From: an uncultured bacterium
GTDB taxonomy: Bacteria; Verrucomicrobiota; Kiritimatiellia; RFP12; UBA1067
Reading direction: 5' to 3'
Assembly: GCA_902799715.1 (NCBI GenBank)
Contig: CADCBS010000001.1
Coordinates: 1 to 58,538 of the forward strand
DNA: 58,538 nucleotides
The translations under genes were made by a program, and so were the position numbers. Positions 24,918-35,533 of the stretch are shown here, piece by piece. Position 1 is the first letter of the stretch; every line of letters begins with the position of its first letter. Under the pieces are notes generated by a model that was not told where the DNA came from, did no database searches, and saw only the letters and a program-made list of their open reading frames with translations.

Positions 24918-26662
24918 TGCGTGTTTCCTCCGGGATTGCGGCCGACGCGGACGATCAGGCGCGACGCGCCGAGGTTCTTGAACCCGGCGAGGATGAGCAG
25001 CTTGCCGACCAGATGGCGCGATTCGGCCTTGACGTCCTTTATGACGAAACCCTCGCGCCGGCAGAGTTCGCGGAAGTCGCGGAGGGTGAACAGGTGGATG
25101 TTGGGCGTGTTGTACCACGCGAAAGGCAGCTGCTTGCCGACCGGCATGCGGCCGCGGAAAAGCAGCTGCATGCGGACGGTGTAGCAGGCGAAATTGGGGA
25201 ACGACACGATAGCCTCGCCGGCGACGCGCAGAAGGTTGGCGAGGAGCATGCGCGGGCGCTTGATGGTCTGGAGCGTCTCGGAAAGGACGCCCACGTCGAA
25301 CGCGCCGTCGGGGAACGCGGTAAGGCCGTCGTCGGCATCCTCCCATATCACGTCGCAGCCGGACTTCAGTGCGCCGGCGATCTGGCCGGCGTCGGATTCG
25401 ACGCCGCATCCGCGCACGTTCTTCTCCTTGCGGAGCATCGACAGCAGGGCGCCGTATCCGCAGCCGACGTCGAGCACGCTGGCGCCCTTGGGGATCATGC
25501 GCGCCACGGCGGCGTGGTTGCGGCGCTGCCATGCGGCGAACACGCGCTCGCCGGGCTCGAGGAACGAGCCCACGGTCTTGGAGAGATCCTTCAGATGGGT
25601 CAGGAAGCCGTCGTGGCCGGCGGGGATGTCGAGATGCGCGTAGGACACGGACTTGCCGCCGCGGAGCAGGGACGACACGAGTTCGCGGGACTGGTCGGCC
25701 GAGAACAGCCAGTCGCCCGAGAGCGAGACGACGAGGACGCGGGACTTGACGCGGGCGCAGGCCTTGTCGAGGGAGCCCCAGCGCTCGGCGGCGTCGTACG
25801 TGTCCATGGCGTATGTGATGCCGAGGTAGGAATTGGCGTCGAAGCGGCCCACGAACTTCTCGGCCTGGTGCTGCAGGTAGGATTCCACGGCGAACATGGT
25901 GCCGAAGACGTCGCTGCGGCCTTTTTCGAATTCGGGGCCGAGGGCGAGCCAGGACTCCTGTTTCGAGCGGCCGAACTTGCTGTCGAGCAGAGCCTGGGAA
26001 AGGTAGGTGATGTGGGCCATGCGGCGTGCGTTGGCGAGGCCGCTCGCGGGGCCGGGCGTGCCGTAGTAGTTGCCGCCCATGAAGCCCGGGTCGTTGACGA
26101 TGGCGTTGCGCCCCACGATGTCGAACGCGAGGGCCTGGGTGTTCAGCGACGCGGCGCTGGCGATGATTATCGTGCGCTCCATGTCGTCGGGGTGGGCGAC
26201 CATCCATTCGATGGCCTGTATGCCGCCGAACGAGCCGCCAACGACGGCGGCGAGCCGTTTCACGCCTATCTGGGCGAGGAACGCGCGGAAGACGTTCACG
26301 GTGTCGCCTATGGTGAAGCGCGGGAACGAGGCGGCGTAGGGCTTGCCGGTGGCGGGGTTTTCGGAAGCGGGGCCGGTGGTGCCGCGGCAGCCGCCGAGGA
26401 CGTTCGCGCAGATCACGCGCCACTTGCGGGTGTCTATCGCGCGGCCGGGGCCGACCATGCCTTCCCACCAGCCGTCGGGCTCCTTGCCGCCGGGGCGCAC
26501 GCCTGCGACGTGGGCGTCGCCGGTGAGGGCGTGGCAGATGAAGATTACGTTGTCGTTCAGCGGCGAGACGCGCCCGCACGCCTCCCACGCAACGTCGATG
26601 CGCGCGAGGCGTCCGCCCGGTTCAAGGGCGAAACCCTCCGGAGGGAGGTCGAGCCGCGTCAC
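24914..26662 (-). CDS. metX: Homoserine O-acetyltransferase fused to a MetW-like domain
   Basis: N-terminal MetX ([17 protein letters not shown]...[12 protein letters not shown]). C-terminal MetW-like methyltransferase fold ([12 protein letters not shown]...[13 protein letters not shown]). GTG start at 26662. Confidence 0.9.
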   Translation of the reverse strand: MTRLDLPPEGFALEPGGRLARIDVAWEACGRVSPLNDNVIFICHALTGDAHVAGVRPGGKEPDGWWEGMVGPGRAIDTRKWRVICANVLGGCRGTTGPASENPATGKPYAASFPRFTIGDTVNVFRAFLAQIGVKRLAAVVGGSFGGIQAIEWMVAHPDDMERTIIIASAASLNTQALAFDIVGRNAIVNDPGFMGGNYYGTPGPASGLANARRMAHITYLSQALLDSKFGRSKQESWLALGPEFEKGRSDVFGTMFAVESYLQHQAEKFVGRFDANSYLGITYAMDTYDAAERWGSLDKACARVKSRVLVVSLSGDWLFSADQSRELVSSLLRGGKSVSYAHLDIPAGHDGFLTHLKDLSKTVGSFLEPGERVFAAWQRRNHAAVARMIPKGASVLDVGCGYGALLSMLRKEKNVRGCGVESDAGQIAGALKSGCDVIWEDADDGLTAFPDGAFDVGVLSETLQTIKRPRMLLANLLRVAGEAIVSFPNFACYTVRMQLLFRGRMPVGKQLPFAWYNTPNIHLFTLRDFRELCRREGFVIKDVKAESRHLVGKLLILAGFKNLGASRLIVRVGRNPGGNTQ

Positions 26663-26740
26663 GTGCGGCTCGACGATCCCGACGCCGGATTCTGCGGCCG
26701 TCCTGTCCGCGGCACACCTCGCGCGATGCGGCGTCCCCGG

Positions 26741-29380
<2,640 letters not shown>

Positions 29381-29433
29381 ATTCTACTCCATTGTTCCGC
29401 CGCGGCACGATTCCGGTGCAGGACGGTCTGACA

Positions 29434-29462
29434 AGTATACGAAAAACGCGCCGGGACTGCAA
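29434..29462 (-). promoter_or_regulatory. Candidate secDF promoter
   Basis: Minus strand reads TTGCAG-17 nt-TATACT, about 50 nt upstream of ATG 29380. Confidence 0.45.
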
Positions 29463-29476
29463 ACAGAGAAATGCCG

Positions 29477-29506
29477 TTCGCATTCGGGGCGGCGATTTGG
29501 TAGACT
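29477..29506 (+). promoter_or_regulatory. Candidate promoter of the glycan cluster
   Basis: TTCGCA-18 nt (ending TGG)-TAGACT, an extended -10. It lies about 22 nt upstream of ATG 29529. Confidence 0.45.
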
Positions 29507-29528
29507 CCACCGCAAGCGGAAACGGCAA

Positions 29529-30584
29529 ATGAAAAAACTCGCATATTCGACTTTGCACGGATACGGAGGCGACCGGATATTCGCCGGCCCCGCCGCGCCG
29601 GGATTCGGCGGGGCGCATCTGGCCGACGGTCTCCTGCGCGACGCTTTCGCCGCGCGCGGCGTGGAATGCCACACGCCCGACATGCTTCCGCCCGGAGAGT
29701 TCGACGGTTTCTTCTTCCGCGACATGCCGCGCCGGGACGACCCGTTCTTCCGGTACGCGATCGACGCGGGGAAGCCCATGTTCCTGCACGTATGGGAGAA
29801 CCCCTTCATACACAGGCCGAACGCGGACCATGCCCGGTTCCGCGACTTCGCGCGCGTTTTCAGCCTGTTCGACGACGACGTGCGGCTGCGCGGGTGCGTG
29901 AAACTCAACTACGCGCTGCCGCTGGCTCCGCCGCCGGCGGACGGCGGGATTCCTTTCGGCCGGCGGAAGCTGGCGTGCATGGTGTCGAGCCTTGTCAAGA
30001 AGAACCGTCCGGGCTGCTGCTCCTTCATGAGGCTCGGGACGATCCGGTTCTACGAGCGCTTCCATCCGGAGGATTTCGACCTGTGGGGCGCCAACTGGGG
30101 CAAAGGCTCGCCTGCGCTGCTGCACCGCCCGGCCGCGTTCGCCGCGCTGCAGGCGCTGGGGATCGGGCGGCTGCTGCCCCGCGAGCGGCATCCGTGCTGG
30201 CGCGGGGAGTGCGCCGACAAGGCCGCGGCGGCGGGCGCGTGCCGTTTCGCATACTGCTACGAAAACTCGGTGAAACTGCCGGGATACGTCACCGAAAAGC
30301 TTTTCGACGCCATCTCGGCCGGGGCGGTTCCGGTGTACATGGCGCATCCGTCCGATGCGGCCGCGCTTCCGCAGGGGTGCTTCGTGGACCGCGCGGCGTT
30401 CCGCGACGACGCGGAGCTCCACCGGTTCCTGGCGTCGATGCCCCGGGAGCGGTGGGAAGAATACCGCGAAGAGGGACGGCGGTTCATGGCTTCCGACGCC
30501 GCGCGGCGGTTCTCCTTCAAGGCGTACGTGGACACGCTGGTGTCGGGCATCGCGCCGGTTCTGGCGGGGGCGGGCGCGGCATGA
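29529..30584 (+). CDS. GT10-like glycosyltransferase (fucosyltransferase-type C-terminal motif)
   Basis: CRFAYCYENSVKLPGYVTEKLFDAISAGAVPVY matches the GT10 ENS..GYVTEK signature. Start at ATG 29529 (MKKLAYS); the track ORF starts earlier. Confidence 0.75.
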   Translation: MKKLAYSTLHGYGGDRIFAGPAAPGFGGAHLADGLLRDAFAARGVECHTPDMLPPGEFDGFFFRDMPRRDDPFFRYAIDAGKPMFLHVWENPFIHRPNADHARFRDFARVFSLFDDDVRLRGCVKLNYALPLAPPPADGGIPFGRRKLACMVSSLVKKNRPGCCSFMRLGTIRFYERFHPEDFDLWGANWGKGSPALLHRPAAFAALQALGIGRLLPRERHPCWRGECADKAAAAGACRFAYCYENSVKLPGYVTEKLFDAISAGAVPVYMAHPSDAAALPQGCFVDRAAFRDDAELHRFLASMPRERWEEYREEGRRFMASDAARRFSFKAYVDTLVSGIAPVLAGAGAA

Positions 30585-31141
30585 AGCTGATAGCGAGAAT
30601 CCTGACCGCGTTCATACCGTTTGCGCGCGCGCGCAAGCGCGCGCGGCTTCTTCTTGTTTCGTGGCTCTATTCGCGCCCGGTGCGCTCCAAGGCTAAGAGC
30701 GTAGGACCGGGCTTCCGCGCAAGCGCGCCGACGGTCGTGACGCGCTCCACTTCGATCGGAAGGTTCGTGACGAGCAACGGGCTGGCGATCCACGGCGAAG
30801 GCACGGTATCGATAGGCGACTACGTGCAGTTCGGCCCGGAAACGCTGATCCTGTCGCAGAACCACAACTACGAAGGCCGCCTGCTGCCTTACGACTGGAC
30901 ATATTCGGCGCGCGGCGTCGAGATCGGCGACTGCGTGTGGGTAGGCGCGCGCGCCACGATCCTGCCGGGGGCGAAAATCGGCGAAGGGGCGATAATCCAG
31001 GCCGGCGCGGTTGTGCACGGCGAAATCCCGCCGTGCGCGATCGCCGGGGGCAACCCCGCCAAGGTGTTCGCGTGGCGCGACAAGGCGCACTATGCGGAAT
31101 TGAAGGAGAAAGGCATGTTCCTGAGGGAGGTCGGGATTTGA
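30581..31141 (+). CDS. Hexapeptide-repeat (LbH) acetyltransferase
   Basis: IGDCVWVGARATILPGAKIGEGAIIQAGAVVHGEIPPCAIAGGNPAKV. ATG overlaps the upstream stop (ATGA). Confidence 0.85.
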   Translation: MKLIARILTAFIPFARARKRARLLLVSWLYSRPVRSKAKSVGPGFRASAPTVVTRSTSIGRFVTSNGLAIHGEGTVSIGDYVQFGPETLILSQNHNYEGRLLPYDWTYSARGVEIGDCVWVGARATILPGAKIGEGAIIQAGAVVHGEIPPCAIAGGNPAKVFAWRDKAHYAELKEKGMFLREVGI

Positions 31142-32058
31142 AGGTTTCTTTCGTGATACCCGTCTGGAACGCCGCGCCGTACCTGCCGCGGCTCGTCGCC
31201 TCGCTCAAGGCGCAGGGCCATGGAGACTGGGAGGCTCTCTGCACGGACGACGGCTCCACAGACGGCTCGCACGAGCTGCTGCGCGCGGCGGCGGCGGAAG
31301 ATCCGCGCATCCGCGTGTTCCAGGTTCCGCACTGCGGCTCGTCGGGCGCCCGCAACAAGGGTCTCGACAACGCGACGGGCGATCTCGTGGCGTTCGCGGA
31401 CGCCGACGACTTCCTGCACCCTGGGATGCTCGAAACCGCCGTGCCGCGTTTCTCCGATCCGGAAACGGACGCGGTGACGTTCGATTTCGCGGCGGTGGAG
31501 CCCGGGACGGACTTCGCGTTCGGTCGCCTGCCGGACGAGATTCCGTCCCGCGCCGTGCCGGACATGATGCGGTGGGCGCTGTCGCCGTGGCAGCCGTACG
31601 CGCACGATCTGTGGCGGACCGTCTACCGGCGCGAGGCGATCGGCGCCGCGCGGTTCCTGCCGGGGATAGTCCACCAGGACCTTCTCTTTTCGTACGAAGT
31701 GTGGGGACGTTGCCGCAAGGCGGTGAAGCTGGACTGCGTGCTGTACGCATACGTGCAGTCGCCCGGCTCCGTGATCCGGTCGGAATACTCCGCCGGCAAG
31801 GTGGACGCAAGCTTCACGATCGTGCACGAGCTGTGCGCGGCGTACGCCGGCGACCCCGCGAGGCTGCGGCTGCTGCGCAGGAAACTGTTTCCGCGAATCA
31901 TAAAGAACGTCTGGAAGCAGACGTCGCGCGCGGGCGATCCGGCGCTTCGCGCGCTCGCGCGCCGGCGCGTCAAGGAGGCGTGGAAGGCAGGGGAGATAGG
32001 CTTCGGCGGATTCTCTCCCGCCAAGAAACTGAAACTGCTGCTGGACTTGCTGTCATGA
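31138..32058 (+). CDS. Family 2 glycosyltransferase
   Basis: VSFVIPVWNAAPYLPRLVASL...CTDDGSTDGS...FADADDF. TTG start at 31138 is preceded by GAGGGAGG and overlaps the upstream TGA. Confidence 0.85.
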   Translation: MKVSFVIPVWNAAPYLPRLVASLKAQGHGDWEALCTDDGSTDGSHELLRAAAAEDPRIRVFQVPHCGSSGARNKGLDNATGDLVAFADADDFLHPGMLETAVPRFSDPETDAVTFDFAAVEPGTDFAFGRLPDEIPSRAVPDMMRWALSPWQPYAHDLWRTVYRREAIGAARFLPGIVHQDLLFSYEVWGRCRKAVKLDCVLYAYVQSPGSVIRSEYSAGKVDASFTIVHELCAAYAGDPARLRLLRRKLFPRIIKNVWKQTSRAGDPALRALARRRVKEAWKAGEIGFGGFSPAKKLKLLLDLLS

Positions 32059-33023
32059 AACTTTTCTCCATAAGGCGCACGACGCGGAAAACCGTCGTCA
32101 AAATCGGGTTCCTGAAGTTCTCAATGCGCAACCGGAAGTTCAGCCCGGAACGTCTGCGCGCCACGCCAGAAAGCGAATACCCCGCGCTGCTCGAGGAATG
32201 GTACCGGCTTTCGACGGGCGAACGGCTCGACTTGCGCGCCCCCCGGACGTTCAGGCAGAAGATACAGTGGCTGAAGCTGTACGGCGACATGGAGACTATG
32301 CGGCGCCTTGCCGACAAGGTGCGCGTGCGGGACTACGTGGCCGCAAAGATAGGCGAGCGGCGTCTCATCGACGTCCTGGGCGTCTACAAGAAGGCGGAGG
32401 AGATAGACTGGGCCGCCCTGCCGCGGCGCTTCGTCCTGAAGCCGAACCATGCGAGCGGCTGGGTGAAGGTCGTGGAAGACAAGACCGCCCTCGACATCCC
32501 GGCCGTCTGCCGGGAGGCCGACGGCTGGCTTGCGGAAGACTATTCGGTCGTCGACGGATTCCAGATGCAGTACCGCGGAATTCCGCCGCGCCTTGTCGTG
32601 GAGCGCCATCTCGGCGAGTTGACGCGCGACCTGCGCGACTACAAGGTGTGGTGCTTCGGCGGGAAGCCGCTCTACGTGCAGGTGGTGGCCGGCAGGCGGG
32701 ACGCGGGCGGCTGCACCACGGCGTTCTATTCGGCGGACTGGAAGAGACAGCCGTTCTGGCGCGGATATCCGCCGTGCAGCGAAGAAGTGCCAAAGCCCGC
32801 ATGCATAGAGGAGATGCTGTCGGCGGCCGCGGCCCTGTCCGAAGGCATGCCGTTCGTGCGCGCGGACTTCTACGTGCTCGACGACGGCTCGTTCAAGTTC
32901 GGGGAGCTGACGTTCACGCCCGGATCGGGGGAAGGCGAATGGCACGGCGAGGACGGCGTGGACGGGCGGCTGGGCGCGCTGGTCGCGCTGCCTGGTGCGG
33001 AAGGGGCCGCAGATGGATGTTGA
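32055..33023 (+). CDS. TupA-like ATP-grasp protein
   Basis: FRQKIQWLKLYGD...DKVRVRDYV...FVLKPNHASGW...DYKVWCFGGKP...FVRADFY pattern. ATG overlaps the upstream stop (ATGA). Confidence 0.75.
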   Translation: MKLFSIRRTTRKTVVKIGFLKFSMRNRKFSPERLRATPESEYPALLEEWYRLSTGERLDLRAPRTFRQKIQWLKLYGDMETMRRLADKVRVRDYVAAKIGERRLIDVLGVYKKAEEIDWAALPRRFVLKPNHASGWVKVVEDKTALDIPAVCREADGWLAEDYSVVDGFQMQYRGIPPRLVVERHLGELTRDLRDYKVWCFGGKPLYVQVVAGRRDAGGCTTAFYSADWKRQPFWRGYPPCSEEVPKPACIEEMLSAAAALSEGMPFVRADFYVLDDGSFKFGELTFTPGSGEGEWHGEDGVDGRLGALVALPGAEGAADGC

Positions 33024-33777
33024 AAGGCTCCTGCCGTGGAGGAACACGTGGTGGTGGCCGCGATGGAGGTCGCCGTCCTTCCTGATGCTGCACAGCGTCG
33101 GCGAGGAGGTTGTGGACCCATGCTGCCCGAACAATACGGTACGGCCGGGGGAGCTGCGGGCGCTTGTGGAAGCGATGCGCGCCGACGGCTATTCGTTCGC
33201 GACTTTCCGCGATGCGTGCGCGCGCGGCGGCGCGCGCACGGCGTGCCTCACTTTCGACGACGGATGGGCGGACAACTACACGGTCCTTTTCCCCATATTG
33301 AAAGAGCTGCGGGTCTCGGCGACGCTTTTCGTCACGAACCGCGGCGATCCGTCCTTCCCGCGCGAAAAGTGGTCGGACGAAGATCCGGTTCCGCCAGGGG
33401 CGTCGTACCTGACGGCGGAGATGCTGCGCGAGATGGACGCGAGCGGGCTTGTGGAGATCGGCGGGCACACTGCCGGGCATTCCACGCTCGTGAAAATCCC
33501 GGTAGACGGAGCGAAGCGTGAAATCGAGACGAACAAATCGTGGATCGAGGGGCTGCTCGGGCATGGAATCGAAAGTTTCGCCTATCCGCGCGGCGGAGAG
33601 AACGACGGAATCGTCGCTCTTGTCAAGGCTGCTGGCTACAAGTATGCCGCTTCGATGAAAAAGAAGATGAGGCCGCCGGCGGAGGATTTCTTCCGCGTCC
33701 GCCGCCAGATAATCCCGCGCGGCATGGAGACCTGGAAGAGCCTGCTTCTGGCCACGCGCGGGAAATGGAAGATCTGA
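33013..33777 (+). CDS. Polysaccharide deacetylase (NodB-type)
   Basis: CLTFDDGWADNY...ATLFV...GGHTAGHSTL...FAYPRGG. ATG 33013 preferred over the GTG at 32995. Overlaps the upstream gene by 11 nt. Confidence 0.85.
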   Translation: MDVERLLPWRNTWWWPRWRSPSFLMLHSVGEEVVDPCCPNNTVRPGELRALVEAMRADGYSFATFRDACARGGARTACLTFDDGWADNYTVLFPILKELRVSATLFVTNRGDPSFPREKWSDEDPVPPGASYLTAEMLREMDASGLVEIGGHTAGHSTLVKIPVDGAKREIETNKSWIEGLLGHGIESFAYPRGGENDGIVALVKAAGYKYAASMKKKMRPPAEDFFRVRRQIIPRGMETWKSLLLATRGKWKI

Positions 33778-33790
33778 CGCGCCGGCGCGG

Positions 33791-35278
33791 TCAGAACACT
33801 GCCGACGACTCGCGCATGGCGCGGTCGGCGTCGAGCAAGAATGCGGCGAAGCAGACGGACCAGCAGAAGCCGCCCATGCCCGACATCGAGAAGAACGTGG
33901 CTTCGCCCATGTTCGAGACCACGAACGTCAGGAAGCATGTCAGGAAGCAGAAGTACCGGTATTTCCTGCAGGACGCGATCATCGACAGTATGAACGTCAG
34001 GAACAATGCTCCGCCGATGATTCCGCCCTCTTCGAGTATCATGGACGGCAGGAACCCCTTCTCGATAGGTGCGGACAGGACGCTCTTTATGCCGTTCATC
34101 TTGCGGTCCTTCATCGTCCACATCACCTGGAACCCGTTGCCGATGAGCGGCGACTGCCTGAAGAAGAACATCGACCTGTCGATCAGGCCCTGGCGGGAGC
34201 TGAACGCCTCCTCCATGTCCAGCTCGCCGGTGTCGCTTCTGCCTTTCATTATGAATCCGATGGCCCTTTCGCGGACGCTGGGCACTACCGCCACCGCGAG
34301 CGTCCCCAGGATGCCGATGGCCAGGACGACGGATGCGAGCCACTGCTTCTTCTTGCTTGACACTTTCCTTGTTCCGTTCGCGAAATGCGCGCATACGAGA
34401 ATCGAAAACCCATACGCGGCCATGGCCGTGCGGCTGCCGGTCATGTAGATCAGCCCGGCGGCGCACACCATCAACAGCATGTAAAGGCGCGAGACCTTGC
34501 GCACGTTGAACACGTAGTCGGCGAAGAGAAAAGCGTTCAGGATCGCGCACATCGGCCCCAGCATCTGCGAGTGCCCGGTAAGCCCGTTGTAGAGCGACTG
34601 CTCCATTTCGAGCACCATGTCGATCAGTTCGCTTTCGGTCAGATCTTCGGTAAGCCAGTCTGCCGCGTTTGCGATCTGCATCGAGCGGCTGATCGAGGGG
34701 ATTGGATATACGAGTATCGAACCGATCATCATCACGCAGCAAACCGTGAGCATTATCGTCCGGATCTTGCTTGCGTCGACGCTTCCCGTCGCGCCTAGCG
34801 TGCAGGCGTTCGCGCCGGCCATGATGAACATAACCATCAGCAGGATCTTCAGTTCGCTGATGACCGGAGCCCAGCCGAACGTCGATGCCACGGTCTGGAA
34901 CGCGAGGTACATCATCAGGATCGATACGGGTTTCATCGCCGGGGGCCAGCGCCGCCCCGCCGCCTTCATGGTCAGGATGACCGAAAACACAAGGAATATC
35001 GCTTTCGTCGCGATGGCGTACGCGGCCGAGTGGGCGAACACCGCGCCGCTCATGATCGTCGTGGTCGTGCAGAGCATGAGCGTGGAGAATATCGCCGCCA
35101 CCTTGCGCCGCGGCGAACTCGCCACCGACGCCGCGATCGGTATGAACGCAAGCATGGCGATGCCGCTCGTGAGCTTCAAGAGCGCCACGAAGCACATCGC
35201 CTTGAACACCGACATCCTCAGCTCTTTCTCGCTGTACGCCTGAGGCTGCGGGGCAAATGCCGTGTTTCCGTATTCCAT
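33791..35278 (-). CDS. O-antigen ligase/polymerase (Wzy-like) membrane protein
   Basis: About 11 TM segments. MTGSRTAMAAYGF motif in a large loop region. Convergent with the glycan cluster. Confidence 0.75.
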   Translation of the reverse strand: MEYGNTAFAPQPQAYSEKELRMSVFKAMCFVALLKLTSGIAMLAFIPIAASVASSPRRKVAAIFSTLMLCTTTTIMSGAVFAHSAAYAIATKAIFLVFSVILTMKAAGRRWPPAMKPVSILMMYLAFQTVASTFGWAPVISELKILLMVMFIMAGANACTLGATGSVDASKIRTIMLTVCCVMMIGSILVYPIPSISRSMQIANAADWLTEDLTESELIDMVLEMEQSLYNGLTGHSQMLGPMCAILNAFLFADYVFNVRKVSRLYMLLMVCAAGLIYMTGSRTAMAAYGFSILVCAHFANGTRKVSSKKKQWLASVVLAIGILGTLAVAVVPSVRERAIGFIMKGRSDTGELDMEEAFSSRQGLIDRSMFFFRQSPLIGNGFQVMWTMKDRKMNGIKSVLSAPIEKGFLPSMILEEGGIIGGALFLTFILSMIASCRKYRYFCFLTCFLTFVVSNMGEATFFSMSGMGGFCWSVCFAAFLLDADRAMRESSAVF

Positions 35279-35360
35279 ATTCCGTGCGAACGGGCGAAAT
35301 TATACCAATCATCGGGCGGAAGTGCAAACAATGAGACCATTGCGCGGAAGGGGCGGGGCA

Positions 35361-35436
35361 TGGTCGGACTGGCGGGGATCGGACCCGCGACCCCAACATT
35401 AAAAGTGTCGTGCTCTACCAACTGAGCTACAGTCCG
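35361..35436 (-). tRNA. tRNA-Lys (anticodon UUU), CCA encoded
   Basis: Reverse complement: CGGACTG TA GCTC AGTTGGTA GAGC A CGACA CTTTTAA TGTTG GGGTC GCGGG TCCGATC CCCGC CAGTCCG A CCA. It folds as a full cloverleaf. Confidence 0.9.
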
Positions 35437-35533
35437 GTGCTGAAACGCGCGGTATCATATAAAAAAAACGCGCCGAATGCAAGCGCGAAATCCTGCGTAT
35501 TATGCTATACTCCCGCCTTTCCAATCCAGCAAC

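Noticed and set aside
26663-26740. A possible SAM or other riboswitch upstream of metXW.
   Set aside because: Only 78 nt separate the metXW start from the secDF stop. I could not see the conserved SAM-I/SAM-II helices or core motifs in that sequence. This was not tested with a covariance model.
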